Shown piece by piece: positions 37,194 to 51,386 of a stretch of DNA of 64,000 bases. Every line of letters begins with the position of its first letter. The first letter of the stretch is position 1. A model generated the notes under the pieces. That model worked only from the letters and a program-made list of their open reading frames with translations, did not search any database and was not told where the DNA came from. The position numbers were made by a program, and so were the translations under genes. The stretch is from Octopus vulgaris (taxonomy: Eukaryota): assembly GCA_951406725.2 (NCBI GenBank), contig OX597836.1, positions 29,574,001 through 29,638,000 on the forward strand, in the 5' to 3' direction.

Positions 37194-37362
37194 TAAGTCG
37201 ATTACATTGACTCCAATGTTAAACTGGTACTTAATTTTATCGACCTCGAAAGAAAGAAAGGCAAAGTCAGCCTCGACAGAATCTGAACTCAGAACGTAAA
37301 GACGGACGAAATACTGCAAAGCATTTTGCCCGGAGCGGTAACGATTCTGCCAGCTCGCCACT
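37194..37362 (-). mobile_element. SINE family B copy
   Basis: Match to the family head and Nin/Deu-like domain. Confidence 0.82.
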
Positions 37363-38303
37363 ATAGGCACAAGACCAGAAATTTATTGGAAACGGGGTTG
37401 GTCGACCATATCGAATACACACACACACACACAGAATAGACTCTCATCGATTTCCATGTATGAGTGATCAGTCGTTCGATCAACTTGACTTATTAGTCAT
37501 CGAATTCGCGTGGGAAGTGATTGAGTATTGATCAGACACGTGTACCCTAAGCGAAATTTTCAGCGTGATACAGTGTGACATGGTTGGCCCTTTGAATTAT
37601 AGATAAAAATGCAACCCGACGAGGTTTCTTTTACGCAGTATCCATCTACCCAATTTTATTCACAAAGTTTGAGTAGGCTATGAAAAAAATAAAAATAAAG
37701 GGAATATACAAAAGATGTCTAATAGTGGATTCGAAACCAAGACCACATGGATGCGAAGCTATACCTGATACACATACAAATATCATAGCACATACATACA
37801 TACATCAGATACGCGTGCATCACAAGCGTACATGAATACAGTATATACATCAGAGGCATAGTCGCATTACATAAGCGGAGATATCAGAGTAAACGCTCGT
37901 CACATATAGTGTGTGTGTGTCTGTGCGTGTGCACTGAGGGATCCTCCGTCGATTTACAACGATGACCATTTTAGATTTTCAATGAACTTTAAATGCCTCA
38001 TTGCTAAACTAACGTGTAACTACCTGACCGAGTATTCCGTTGACGTAATTCTCAGGCCAAATCAGCGTGACACGATATGTAACAACGCCGGACCTTTAAA
38101 TTTTAGGTTACAGTTAGTTCAACCGACGGACATCCATTCAATTTTCTCTCAACTCTAATTTCAGTCACAAGGACTGGGTGGGCAAACACTCTATAGGCAC
38201 CATAAGCACAGATATTATATATCACTCACAACATTAATCATCATAAATATATATATATATCCAAGGTCCAGACACTGCGGATATCAGCACAGATATCACA
38301 GAG

Positions 38304-38364
<61 letters not shown>

Positions 38365-39170
38365 CCGAGGCACTTAAACCTATATTACATAAGTAGGCAC
38401 ACCTATCACACTGTATTACACATTAGTAAGTATGTGTGTGTGTGTATATATATATACATATATATGTGCCCCAGCATGGCCACAGCTCATGAGCTGAAAC
38501 TGGAAAAATCAAATATATATATATATATATACACACACAAGTTCGAGACAAGCGACTCACAGAAGTACTTGATATCACTCAGAGCATCATGTGTGTGTAT
38601 ATATACATATACATACATGATAGGTATACGCATTACATAAAAAGAAATATTACACAGTATACTTATAGCCACAAATATACATACGCCAACACACATGACA
38701 AAGCACACACACACACACAGATACTCATCACAAACATTGTTATACATACATTACAAAGGTATAAACGTATCACACACAAAACATATGTATACTCACAACT
38801 GACATACACCGGAGACATTTTTAATTAAGTTTTATGAAACAATTTTATAGATAGAGAGATTACTAGCGTCATTTTTTTAAAAATTTTGTTTTGTTACTAC
38901 TAAAAGGCAACCCATCTTCCTCATATCTTTTTATTTTTCATGTCAGTATTCATATATAAGAGTATATTTTTCTCATTAAAAGTTATACAACTATAATAAC
39001 CTGTGTTACTTGCGACTAACGCTGACTAGCTGGATGGATGTCGTTTTGTGGTTTGGTATAAATTATACAAGAAAAATAAAATTTTAGTGTCAGAATATAT
39101 ATATACATGTATGTATGTACGCATGTAGCATGTATGAATATATATACATGTATGTATGTACGCATGTATG

Positions 39171-39201
<31 letters not shown>

Positions 39202-39843
39202 GGTTCATCAGAGATGGTAACCTATTAGTAATTTCGCGTTCATCTCACCACTAATTAACTAACCACAAAGCGGTCATTTAGTAACATTTATCGCAGGAAA
39301 GACAGAAGTTCCATGAAGAAAGGAAGCAACAAAACAAGATAGCTGCTAGTCAGAAAACTTCAAGGTTAAGCGGAGAAAAAAGAATGAAGAAACAGGGAGA
39401 GAGAGAGAAAGAGAAAAAAATTATTCTCATCGTTTTGGGCAGAGAAAGTTACATTGCTTTGACATTTTTCAAATGTCATCTCTATAGCAGCATATATTTT
39501 CACTTAATAAATACATAAACGGGCAATACATGAGAAAAGGTTCATTTCACTGATGTTTTCATTAAATTAACGATCTTCCTAGATTCAAGATTTAATACAC
39601 ACACACACACACAGGGATTCGTACATTTACACTTACACAAATACACACACACATACACGTGCGTGTGTGTGGTTGTGTGTGTGTGTGTATAAAGGATTTA
39701 AAAAGCTGGTGCGGGGTTTGTTATAAAGGGAGGTCTTCGGGCTCAAAAAGAGATCCTGATTAAGCTAGCTACTGGGTCTCTTTTTTTGTGACGATGTCAA
39801 GATAGGCACAAAAAAGAAAAGCAACAAAAGATAGAACGAACCT

Positions 39844-39881
<38 letters not shown>

Positions 39882-40044
39882 GTACAACTACATACATATA
39901 TGTATGTAATGTATTTATGTACGTGTATAGCGAGATAACTAGGCATGTGTATGTGATGAATATATCTGTGTGCGTGTACGTGTGTGTGTCTAAAACAGGA
40001 CTGTATTTCTGGGAACGACCATAAAAACCAACAGAAACCAAACA

Positions 40045-40095
<51 letters not shown>

Positions 40096-40789
40096 CATAC
40101 ATACATACTTATACATACAAACATACACACATATATGTGCGTATGAGAGAGAGAGAGAGAGAGCTGTTGCAGTTGTCAAAAGAAGAAAAAAAACCCACAT
40201 CGGAGTGAATAAATAAATTTAATAGAAATAAAATGGAATAAATAAAATAAGAGGAAGAAATTAAGAGAAGCTGCTATATGGACGACGGACCGAAGAAGAA
40301 ATAGAAAGTAAGATTTTTAAAAAAAAAGAGATATAGTGAAAGATTATATATTTGCGTTGTTGATGGAGAAGTGTGAGTTAAAAAGGACAGCTTTAATATG
40401 ATATATTTATTATATTAGATTACAACATAGCATGGCATGGCATCGTAGCAGAAGCCGGTTGGGACGAATGCGGTGAACGTGGTGTTGGTGTATCTGGCAT
40501 GAAAAGCTTCTAGTCCATATAGAAGATTTGCTATATTATCACAAACATTTCAACATAGGGAGGGAACCGACAATATTTTGACAAAAGCGAAAAAGAAAAA
40601 AACAGGATCTATAACTAAAAAAAGAGATTGTGTTAATTAAGATTATGGTGTGATTATAAGTTGAAACGAATATATATTCTGTGCGATATAAAATTAATAA
40701 AACAACTAAACGCAACCCAACCCCAAGTTCAGTTTTCTAAGTGTTGAAATAGGCTCCATGCTACTACAGAAAAAAAAATGTTTCGTGGG

Positions 40790-41015
40790 GAGGGAGCCCA
40801 CCCACCTTTGTGGTTGCTCGTCATGTTAGAAATAACAGCCAAATCGCTCTAACGTAACATCATCTTACCGCCTTAAATACGGGAAAGAGATTCGTTAGAT
40901 AAATGTAGTGTTAAATGCACGATAAAAAGACAAGGATGGTTATTGATGGAATGGAATGGAATGCCTGTCGTCATAGGTCTGCTTAATCAGGATTGTCTTA
41001 GGGCTAAACAACAAC
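40790..41015 (+). mobile_element. Family E interspersed repeat, representative copy
   Basis: Motif AGAAATA[AG]CAGCCAAATC with GGGCTAAACAACAAC end; at least ten related copies (e.g. ~2980, 4470, 10485, 21230, 41190, 46520, 60240, 62180, 62870). Confidence 0.65.
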
Positions 41016-43559
41016 AAGAGCAATATCATGTATGCACAATTATTATCATTTTAGTCTTTAAAATGTTATGTCGACCTTCCAGATTTAAGCTCCGACTAAC
41101 CAGACTTATAAATCAACCCAACACATCTTTTCCCCGCTTTTTTTTTTTACAAGACATAGGGTGTGACTTTAAGGACACTGGCTGCCATTTCTAACAGGTC
41201 GAGCACCCGCACAGCCGCTCCCTTAATACGGTTAAGTTGGTTGCACAGTTACATACATAATACATACATACTATGTACGTGTATATTTAAAATGGAAAAT
41301 GTAATTTACCTGAAAAATTTTTGTGTTCTTCAACTCGATTACCGTCTTTTTTTTCTTTTTTTTTTCCTCCTAAGCAATTCCGGGTAAACACAAAAAAAAA
41401 ACTTAAGCAGCACTGTTAAGTGTGAAGAGATATAAGGAAAGATATATATTGATATATATATATGTATGCGTATATATATATATATATTTATAAAAATTTC
41501 CGTTTACATTTAAATTAAAAAAAAAGAAAGAGAGAAAGATAGATAGATTAGAGAAAGTGTATGAATTTAGCGTTATTAGGAGAAAAGTAGTAGGTTGTAG
41601 AAGAGAAGGAAAGAGACTGCAAAAATAACGCTAACGATAGACCAGCAGAGCTCGCTGCTGCTGTTGCAACTACGATATTGCTACTACTATTATTACTAAT
41701 AATACTATGATTAGCAGTAGTAGTAGTAGTAGTAGTAGAAGGAGTATACTACTACTACTACTATCAAAGGGGATGGACTGGGGAAAAAGAAAAAAGGCAG
41801 TAGGATATACTACGCACACACACATACATACATTCATACATAACCGCGCATACACCCATAAGTATGTTAGTGTATGTGTGTGTATTTGTATATATGTATT
41901 TATTTATCTATTTATTTATTTATTAAAGAAAGAATTGTATATATTTATGAGTATAGAAATATAAAAAGCATAGGCATGTTGAAAATAATCAGTATGACGT
42001 GAAGAAAAAAACTTGTGTGTATATTTGAACTCGTGTGTAGAATATGCTAACACTAATGTGTGTGTATGTATGAACCTAAGACAGACAGATAGATAGATAG
42101 ATATATAGATAGATAGATAGACAAAATGAAAGAGAAAATAGAGTGATGAAGATATAAAAAAAAACTGACCAATTAAAGAAGAGAACGCCACGCGTGAACT
42201 AGCCAATAAGGACGTCGGTTGTAATAGTTTGCCCAATTAAGTTAGATATGAACAATCAACGGGTGGTATCTGCCGCACATTGTGTCGATACCTGCGCTAC
42301 TACGTTTGTAAGCAGACAAACTCATTCATTAAAGTCTACAAAAAAAATAAAACTACTGTGGCCAAAGCAAGCTGCTGTTATTACTTTGTGTATTCTAAAC
42401 CAACCATATCATTTAAATTATGTTTATCGAAGTACTTAGTTCATACACCAGTGAATTAATATTCGTCATATATTTAATGAAGACTCATGTATGCAAGTAT
42501 GTATATATTGAGTCACAGCTGGTCGCGTTGATTAAGTGTATTGGACAATCGTTTGCGTCCTGTGCTGTGTCGCTTGACCAAGGCAACTCATTAGAGTTCT
42601 CACTGCTTCCATTTACATAGGTGTAAATAGATACTGATTAACATATGAAAGGAAATAACTATTTAATCAGCGGTGAAAGTGAATAGCGTATTGTATAATT
42701 AACTGATGTTTTAGTAGGCTTGCAATATTGAATTCGACTCCAACTATAGACCATCTCTTGACAAAGAAGAATGGTATAAATCGCTCCAGCACATCGGGTA
42801 CTTTTAGATCAGAATATTTCGGTGTCTTAATCTGCTGTTTCATCGTATTACAAGCAAACATTCACCCGCCACTATCTAAGGGAATTATCCTACTTGCCTT
42901 TGAAGAATTCCATAAGACTAAACTGTCAGTCATGTAAGCTCCCGCTTAGCTGCGTCTGCGACTGATTTCAGTTCTTTAAATGAAGTCATTTAATTTTTTA
43001 TACTTGCTAATGTCCTTGGGGAATGTATGAACGCTATATTATTATTACATTTTTTTTTTTTTTACTGCGAAAACGAAATTTTGCAGCTACCAAGAATTAG
43101 AAGGTAGAGTTTGTTGGAACGTATTTTACAAAATCACTTGCTTTCAACATTCGTTTATATTAATAAATCTACATCGTTTATACAACAAACTAACCAAACT
43201 TGTTCGTCGAAAGCTTAGAAAGATTTCTGAAAAAAGTAAATTTTTCTGCCCCGAGTCGGCTCCTCAACGAGGCAAGTTGGAAGAGGCTTTGGGATGTGTT
43301 GGAACACACCAGTAGCTGTAGGACAATTCTAGAATCGGTATATCGGTATCAATTCGTGTGATGTATTTTTAACAGATGTCAACTAGGCATGATTGTCACT
43401 TTGGTGTGTCACCAATAAAACAGATTTAATGATTCGTGTGTTTTATTTATTCTGGTTTACAGGTCGATAAATCAACAGAAAACACAAATTTCTGCTAACA
43501 ACGTTTAATCGTACGAAGCGGGTAAAATAAATACATCTTCACGTTCATATGTATATATT

Positions 43560-45120
43560 TCAGCAGCATCTGATATTGTGAATTTGGAACGCAAAATCTT
43601 TGCACAGAATACGTTTCAGGATTATGGTAGTTATGTCACCATTTTCGTATATTTTATCGACCAATGCAACATAATAATGCACCTTCTTCTTTTCTGTGCG
43701 CAAATTCCTGCATTTGATGGTTTGCAGTTTGTTGACCGTCAGTTCGTTCTTCCTAATTCGATACAATGTCAGGAGAAACATTGTAGTCTTGCTATCAGCT
43801 TCCTGTGTAGAATCTTCAAAAAACTGCCTTGCAGCTGTTGGTTTCTTTTGTTTCTTGAATGATTTCATGGGTCTCTTCTCGGCTCATAACGGTTTGAGAT
43901 TGCTCAGAAATATTCTTCCTGTTGTTCTCCCAGATTTTCTCCCACCTTTTTGTTTTCTTGAGTCAATTTTAGTGAAAGGTTTGAAATGCACTCGCGTTAA
44001 GAGACCTGTAGCAGTTGGTCCTGGCTGATTGATGTTGCAGCATTTTGCGTTAACGTAGCAAGTACAAAGAGAACACCGCCTTTTTTTTTTTCTCTTTTTG
44101 CCTGGTTTACAATCAACATGTGCCGCAAAATGCTTCGTTGAAGTGGAAAATTTTCTACAGTTATCCACCCTGAGTTATATGCCACATTGATATACCTATT
44201 TCTTTATTACCCACAAGAGGCTAAACACAGAGGGGACAAACAAGGACAGACATAGGCATTAAGTCGATTACATCGACCCCAGTGTGTAACTGGTACTTAA
44301 TTTATCGACCCCGAAAGGATGAAAGGCAAAGTCGACCTCGGCGGAATTTGAACTCACAACGTAACGCAGACGAAATACCGCTAAGCATTTCGCCCGGCGT
44401 GCTAACGTTTCTGCCAGTTCACCACCGTGGTACACCATGAAGAAAATGGTTCTCAAATGAATTCGAGAAAATACAAGTATAAGAGGAACAATGTTCCCTG
44501 TAGCACTGATTACACAATGTCCACGCTCTCTAGTGCTATGGCCCCAAACTATTTGTCCATTTTTCTTCAGCTATGATTATTCCTGGGCTCTACACTGTCG
44601 TACTTTCGTCGAGATTTCAAGCGTTACCTTGAGTGAAGCTATCTCTCCGAAGAACAGATTCATTCTTATTGAAAAAAGAGGGTCACGTTATGATGACTAA
44701 AGTCTGTTGTGATCCAGGGATGAAACCTCATGTATCTTCAATGAAATGTTTTCATATTTCTTGAGAAAATGATGCAACCGATCTGGGCTTGCACGTTCAT
44801 TCTTCATCCAAAGGAGTGATGTCTTCTAGTAAAGTCGACCCATATTTCAATGCTAGACTCCTGAACAACTTTTGAGTTTAGGTTCTACATGTTCTGGTGT
44901 ACTTGTTATAGAGGAGTTAATTTAAGCATATTCCATGACCCCTTTCATCATCTTCAAACTTAACCCCTTGTAGTCGTGATTTTAACATATGCAGTGTACT
45001 TCTCCCTTCCGATTACTTTCTACTAAACAATCAGCTCATAAAAGTAGTCATTGTTGACTTCAATATATACTAAACAATTTTATACGCTTGAAAAGCTTCT
45101 GCTTCGACTTGACACCGATA
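43560..45120 (-). pseudogene. Decayed pogo/Tc5-type (DDE_1, CENP-B-like) transposase
   Basis: Broken minus frames in the expected order: FRSLALKY, NERASPDRLHHFLKKYENISLK, NLDESTTV*SPGIIIA, ERGHCVISATGNIVPLILVFSRIH, KPFTKIDSRKQKGGRKSGRT, KKKVHYYVALV. Confidence 0.75.
44196..44426 (-). mobile_element. SINE family B, full-length young copy inserted in the pogo relic
   Basis: Near-consensus with CpGs intact; imperfect TSD TGATATACC / TGGTACACC. Confidence 0.93.
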
Positions 45121-45336
45121 TGACTGAAAGAGTACGTGGCTCACACAAGACAGCGGTGCAGTCTTCACCAGAATTTTAGTTTCTGCTGAGAAAGAGGGGT
45201 TTTAACTTAACCCACTCACTCAACTCTCCCTACAGTCTCTGCCATCTTAACTACTATAGAATGTGGGTGAGCTACTTGCAACCTGAGCTCATGAATTTGT
45301 TTTCGATCCCCGAGTGTAATCTATTTCCAAACACAT

Positions 45337-45915
45337 TTTTTTTTTTAATATAAAGACTTTTAAAACAATTTATTTATACTTAAATATATACATAAGAGTG
45401 AAAAGAAGAAGAAAAAAACGAAAACAATTCACCACCTTAGGTTGAAAATTTGGGGGTGCTGGGAAACCTCTCTAATGACTTTTGAGGCACGCCAGCAGGC
45501 TTGCAGCGTTGTTGCGGGTGATGGCGAGGTCGATGTGCTGGAACAACCAAGCGCCCTCACGAGCTTCCCCAATTACCTCTGCTAGGCGAGCTGCCAGTGA
45601 AGACAGGAATCTCGCAGTCAGTGGTCCGACCCTACCAAACGTCTCAAACGCCACAGCATGGAAAATGTAGTTGACCGACAGATCGCGTTACTTCAGAATT
45701 TTGTTCTGTTGTGGATCTCGCCCTGGCCGCAGCATCCAGGATGTGAGAAGCAAAGGAGTCGCTAACTGTGACGTCCCAGACAAGGCATCTGCCTCTCGAC
45801 TAGGTGCACAAGGTGAGGCCGTCAGGTCTCTTCCCGTCACATCTGGACAACCCAGATGGTTTGAAGATGGAGGGGATGTTTGCCAGGGCCAAGCTACTCT
45901 TGAGTATAAGGTTTA
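45337..45915 (-). mobile_element. CRE-clade (restriction-like endonuclease) non-LTR retrotransposon 3' fragment
   Basis: PSGLSRCDGKRPDGLTL..LVWDVT..AFETFGRVGP..REGAWLFQHIDLAITRNNAASLL; 3' UTR with AATAAA and an A-rich tail at ~45347-45337. Confidence 0.85.
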
Positions 45916-46320
45916 ACTGTGTGACGCACGAAGCGACCAGCCATTCAGGCGACAAGGTCATGTTCAATTTTCTTTCCCTATAAAAACTCATTGAAAGTAA
46001 ACTATTGTAAACGATATGCATATATTATACATTATAGATTACCAACTTGAGACAGAACAAGTTTTGGTGTAACATTAACCTCGCATGTATCGTGAACCGC
46101 GCGAAACGATATGCTTGCTGAATGAAATTGCTAAAATAGATTATTCTAATTTGAAAAGGATGCATGGCAGACATTGCATTGTTGCAGTTTTTACCTCAGG
46201 TCAACCCTGATCGAGCAGACAAACCCATAAGCGAATGCATTTCAAGCAACATTATTACTGTCTTTGTATTTTCAGACGCGGTATATCTATTATATCCTTT
46301 ATGTTTTAAGACGGTATTGT

Positions 46321-46492
46321 CAGTGTCGTCTTAAGACATGGACACGCTAGGCAATTGCTCAGAGGGGAAAATGGAGCCCAGGTCTAGTAAGCAATTTTAA
46401 TCTGTGTATGCTGTGGTTTACTATCAGTAAATATTCTAGGGTCCCGTGCACTGGTTTACTCGGAAGCCTATAATGCTGTTAAGACGGCTCTG
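46321..46492. mobile_element. hAT MITE (172 bp)
   Basis: TIRs CAGTGTCGTCTTAA / TTAAGACGGCTCTG; 8-bp TSD GGTATTGT / GGTTTTGT; splits a family E repeat. Confidence 0.8.
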
Positions 46493-47160
46493 GGTTTTGT
46501 GTGTGATTTGAGAAAGATCTTGCTGCTATTTCTAGCTGGTCGAACGATTACGTAGTGTTCTGAAAGTAGGCAACACTGCTACCTGGACGAGAACACAGAA
46601 AATTTTATGTGGGTACTGGAGATGAAAGGTGGATGTAGTGGGAAGCAATAGTTTCATTTTGTAGATATGTTATGTGTATCAGTGTGTGTATGTGCGAATC
46701 CACCACATGAGAAAGTAGTACTTTGAAGATATTTTCAAACAACTGTTGAAACTGTGGATGGCATCTTCCATATTAGTATGGCCCAATCAACATTTTGTAT
46801 CACAACATGGAGTTCACTTTATTTCCTTCATTGTTATCTTCGTTCCATAACTGTCTGTTGTTCCTGAATAGTGAATGAATTTCCTTCTGTGCCAGATGTA
46901 ATGTATCTGTCACAAGTTTGTATATGTGTGTATATATGCATGCACACGTGCACACGCATTTGTTTATAATCCTTATCTCTTATCTTTTTTTTTAACTAAA
47001 CTCCTTTTTACATTATATATATTTAAAAAAAGAAATATTTTTCCATTCCTTCCTGGTTGAATCTGCTTTCCCCTACTTATTTCCATCCTTTTACCTTATC
47101 ACTTCACCCACTGACCATCTATAAACACCCCATCCCTCCTATTCCATCATTTGCTTAATA

Positions 47161-47582
47161 GGCGCAGGAGTGGCTGTGTGCTAAGTAGCTTGCTAACCAA
47201 CCACATGGTTCCGGGTTCAGTCCCACTGCGTGGCATCTTGGGCAAGTGTCTTCTGCTATAGCCTCGGGCCGACCAATGCCTTGTGAGTGGATTTGGTAGA
47301 TGGAAACTGAAAGAAGCCTGTCGTATATATGTATATATATATATAGGTATGTGTGTGTATATGTTTGTGTGTCTGTGTTTGTCCCTCTAGCATTGCTTGA
47401 CAACCGATGCTGGTATGTTTACGTCCCCGTTACTTAGCGGTTCGGCAAAAGAGACCGATAGAATAAGTACTGGGCTTACAAAAGAATAAGTCCTGGGGTC
47501 GATTTGCTCGACTAAAGGCGGTGCTCCAGCATGGCCGCAGTCAAATGACTGAAACAAGTAAAAGAGTAAAAGAGTAAAGAGA
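47161..47582 (+). mobile_element. SINE family A, full-length young copy
   Basis: Complete head, body and tail. Confidence 0.95.
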
Positions 47583-47710
47583 TATCACTGCTAGGCTTTC
47601 CCAACACTCCACTTTATTTATCTGTCACTCTAAGTTTCCTTAATCTCTGTGATTAACTTTTTAAGAACTTACCATCAGATATGGTATAAAAATTATTCCT
47701 CACCCAGTGA

Positions 47711-47925
47711 TTCTTCTTCTTCTTCTTCTTCTTCTTCTTCTTCTTCTTCTTCTTCTTCTTCTTCTTCTTCTTCTTCTTCTTCAACATCTTCTTCTTCTTC
47801 TTCAACATCTTCTTCTTCTTCAACATCTTCTTCTTCTTCTTCTTCTTCTTCTTCTTCTTCTTCTCCCTCCTCCTCCTCCTCCTCATCCCCCTCATCATCA
47901 TCATTAATATTATTATTATTATTAT
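47711..47925. repeat. (CTT)n/(CCT)n/(CAT)n/(ATT)n compound microsatellite
   Basis: Directly visible; gives spurious poly-S/K/L ORFs. Confidence 0.97.
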
Positions 47926-48277
47926 TAAGGTGTCAAGCTGGTAGAATTGTTAGCCACTTAGCAGCATTGCATCCGTCTTTACATTCTGAGTTCACATTCC
48001 TCCAAGGTCAACTTTGCCCTTCATCCTTCCAGGGTCGATAAAATAAGTACCAGTTGAGTACTGGGAGGAGGTGGGGCTCAATGTAATCAACTAGCCCTTT
48101 CCCCAAAAATTCCAGGCCTTATGCCATTTGGAGAAAAGATTATTATAAAAACCCAAGGTGGCAAGCTGGTAGAATCGTTAGCATGCCGGGCATAGCAGTA
48201 TTTCATCCATGTGAATGTTCTTAGTTCAAATTCCACCAAGGTTGACTTTGCCTTTCATCCTTTCGAGGTCGATAAAT

Positions 48278-48578
48278 TAGTTAGCGTATTCAATTCACAA
48301 TTGTAAGACCATGAGTTCAATTCCCTGCAGCACATTGTGTCCTTCAACAAGACACTTTATTTCAGATTGCTCTATTTCACTCAGCTAGCAAAAAATGAGT
48401 TGTACCTATTTTTCAAAGGGTTAGCCTTGTCACATTCTGTGTCGCACTGAACCTCCATGTGAGCTGCATTATGAGTACTCTTGTCTGTGGAGTACTCAGC
48501 CACTTGCACATTAATTTCACAAGTGGGTTGTTCAGTTGATCATATCAGCTGGAACATTCGTCATCATAACCAAGGGAG
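48278..48578 (+). mobile_element. SINE family D copy
   Basis: B box GAGTTCAATTCCC, CORE-like TGTGTCCTTCAACAAGACAC, family body. Confidence 0.8.
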
Positions 48579-49201
48579 TACCCTGCAGACATGGGTGTAT
48601 GGTAAGAAATTCGCTTCCCAACATGGTCCTGAGTTCAGTTCCACTGCATGGCACCTTGGGCTAATGTCTTCTACTATAGCCCTGGGCCAACCAAAGTCTT
48701 GTAAGTGGATTTGGTTGACAGAAACTGAAAGAAGCCCATAGCATATAAACGTATATATATACTTGTGCATGTACAATCTAAAACCAGAAGGAAATCAAGG
48801 CAGACAACTAATAATTTTAACTAATAGTAAAATATGTCTATAAAACATAGCCAATTTATGTCATCATCATCACTGTAATATCTACTTTTCCATGCTTGCA
48901 TAGATCAGGCACAACTTTGATTGAGGCAGAATCGAACAAAGAACGGCCTGAACATACTTTTGCAGAGAACTACAAACAAAAGACACTGTATGAACGCTAA
49001 AGCTTTTTGTTCATAATCAGTATTCACATGTCAAGGCATCTCAAGTAGTCCAGACATGCTTTCATGGTGTAGGCACAAAATTCTGTCATTCTGAAGCTAT
49101 AGAAGTGCTAAATTGAATGAAGAATAAATCAAAGAGAATTTTAAACTATGCAGCAGCATAAAATAGATAATAAAGCTAATATACACACACTTGAGATTCA
49201 T

Positions 49202-49242
<41 letters not shown>

Positions 49243-49537
49243 TTATATATATGTGTGAGTGTGTGTGTGTGTGTACGTGTGTGTATACAGATACATACGC
49301 ATACATAAATACATTTTTGTGTATATGCATAAAAATATGTTTATACATATATATGCTTACACAAGTATATATAATATATATGCACATACACACACACGCA
49401 CACAAATATATACATATATACACTTTGCCAGTATGAAAAATGCCCATTAAATGCAGATGATGACAATGTTGATGATGATGATGTGTGTGTGTGTATGCAT
49501 GTATATGTATATATATATTTATGCATATATATATATA

Positions 49538-49950
49538 TACTCTTTTACTATTTTACTTGTTTCAGTCATTTGACTGCGGCCATGCTGGAGCACCGCCTTT
49601 TTAATCGAGCAACTCGACCCCGGGACTTATTCTTTTTGTAAGCCCAGTACTTATTCTATCGGTCTCTTTTGCCGAACCGCTAAGTAACGGGGACATAAAC
49701 ACACCAGCATCGGTTGTCAAGCAATGCTAGGGAGACAAACACAGACACACAAACAAACACACATACCTATATATATATACATATATACGACAGGCTTCTT
49801 TCAGTTTCCGTCTACCAAATCCACTCACAAGGCATTGGTCGGCCCGGGGCTATAGCAGAAGACACTTGCCCAAGATGCCACGCAGTGGGACTGAACCCGG
49901 TACCATGTGGTTGGTTAGCAAGCTACTTACCACACAGCCACTCCTGCGCC
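49538..49950 (-). mobile_element. SINE family A, full-length young copy
   Basis: Near-identical inverted partner of 47161-47582. Confidence 0.95.
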
Positions 49951-49982
49951 TACATACATATAAATATGTATATATATGTATA

Positions 49983-50034
<52 letters not shown>

Positions 50035-50577
50035 AACATGTGTGTGTATGTATGTATATGTATGTATGTGTATGTATGTATATGTGTGTGTGTTAATGTT
50101 TGTATGTGTGTGTATTAATGTTTGTTTTTATGTTCAGTTATAATAAAAACTATCTCACATTAATCTAATGGGTTACTCTATACTTTTGTAGAGTACAAAT
50201 TTATTATTCTTAAACAAGAACATTGTTGACAGTGAGTTCACAGTTTCAGCTACACTATACATATTTATGTTGTTATGCATATATATGTATAAAAGAACAA
50301 AAACATAAAGAGTTAGACAACAGGTATCAGATTAGATTATGCCTTATTTATACTCATACAACTTAATGAGAGAAACAAATATTTAAAGGGCTGGCATAGG
50401 TAGGAGGATGTCGGTGAGATTCTTCACTGTTGGGACTTCTTAATACTTGTGGTGTAAAACAGATACACAGCAGGATACCAGGGTGATTCATGCATAGGTA
50501 TATACATATACATATGTACATAGAGACATATATACATATATGTGTGCGTGCGTGTGGATATGTGTGTTTCTGTTTAC

Positions 50578-50608
<31 letters not shown>

Positions 50609-50744
50609 AGATATGAAAATGGAGAAATATATCTAAATCAAATATCAATTACCAGATAATACTCAATCACATACTTTATTAAACCACCACATAAGAGACT
50701 GTAGGGTTACACCCAAGTATAGTACATTTATTCCTGAATTGCTA

Positions 50745-50782
<38 letters not shown>

Positions 50783-51106
50783 CATATACACATATACAAA
50801 CATGCTTATATACATATACATAAATACATACATACATACACACACACACATACACATACAACAAATATTATATATACGTAATATACATACATGTATATCA
50901 ATATCAGCAGCAGCAGCAGCAGCATGGACAATTATATGCTGATGATGATATACAAGTATGTGTATTATGTATATATAATATATGGTGTATGTATGTATAT
51001 ACATATATAATATATGTGTGCATATTTATGTGTATGTATATATATATATATATGAGCAAAATGCCCTCTGTCCAATGGACAGTGCTGAGTTGTCAAACAT
51101 TTAAAC

Positions 51107-51167
51107 CAATTTTTCTCAAAACAACTTGTCCAACCATCCCATAAGGCCTCCCCTTTGAGAAACACTG
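51107..51167. mobile_element. Minimal 61-bp hAT MITE
   Basis: TIRs CAATTTTTCTCAAA / TTTGAGAAACACTG; 8-bp TSD ATTTAAAC / ATTTAACC. Confidence 0.7.
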
Positions 51168-51386
51168 ATTTAACCTAAATTTGAGACACCAAACAGGCCG
51201 GCGTTTTTGTACTAACTGCATGTGCATTTTTCTTGCATACATGTAGTATCAATCGCAACAGCTGATGTACTTGCACATACAAATGCACATTCCCACGGCT
51301 TTATCGATCACATTCTCACCTGGAATCGATTTTTGTAATTTTTTCAAGACTTATGCAAGCCCTGATACCATTGGTATCTACATATC

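Noticed and set aside
47649-48041. Poly-Ser/Lys/Leu ORFs
   Set aside because: (CTT)n microsatellite
51220-51290. Imperfect ~70-nt hairpin resembling a pre-miRNA
   Set aside because: Bulged, low-complexity arms and no recognisable miRNA family
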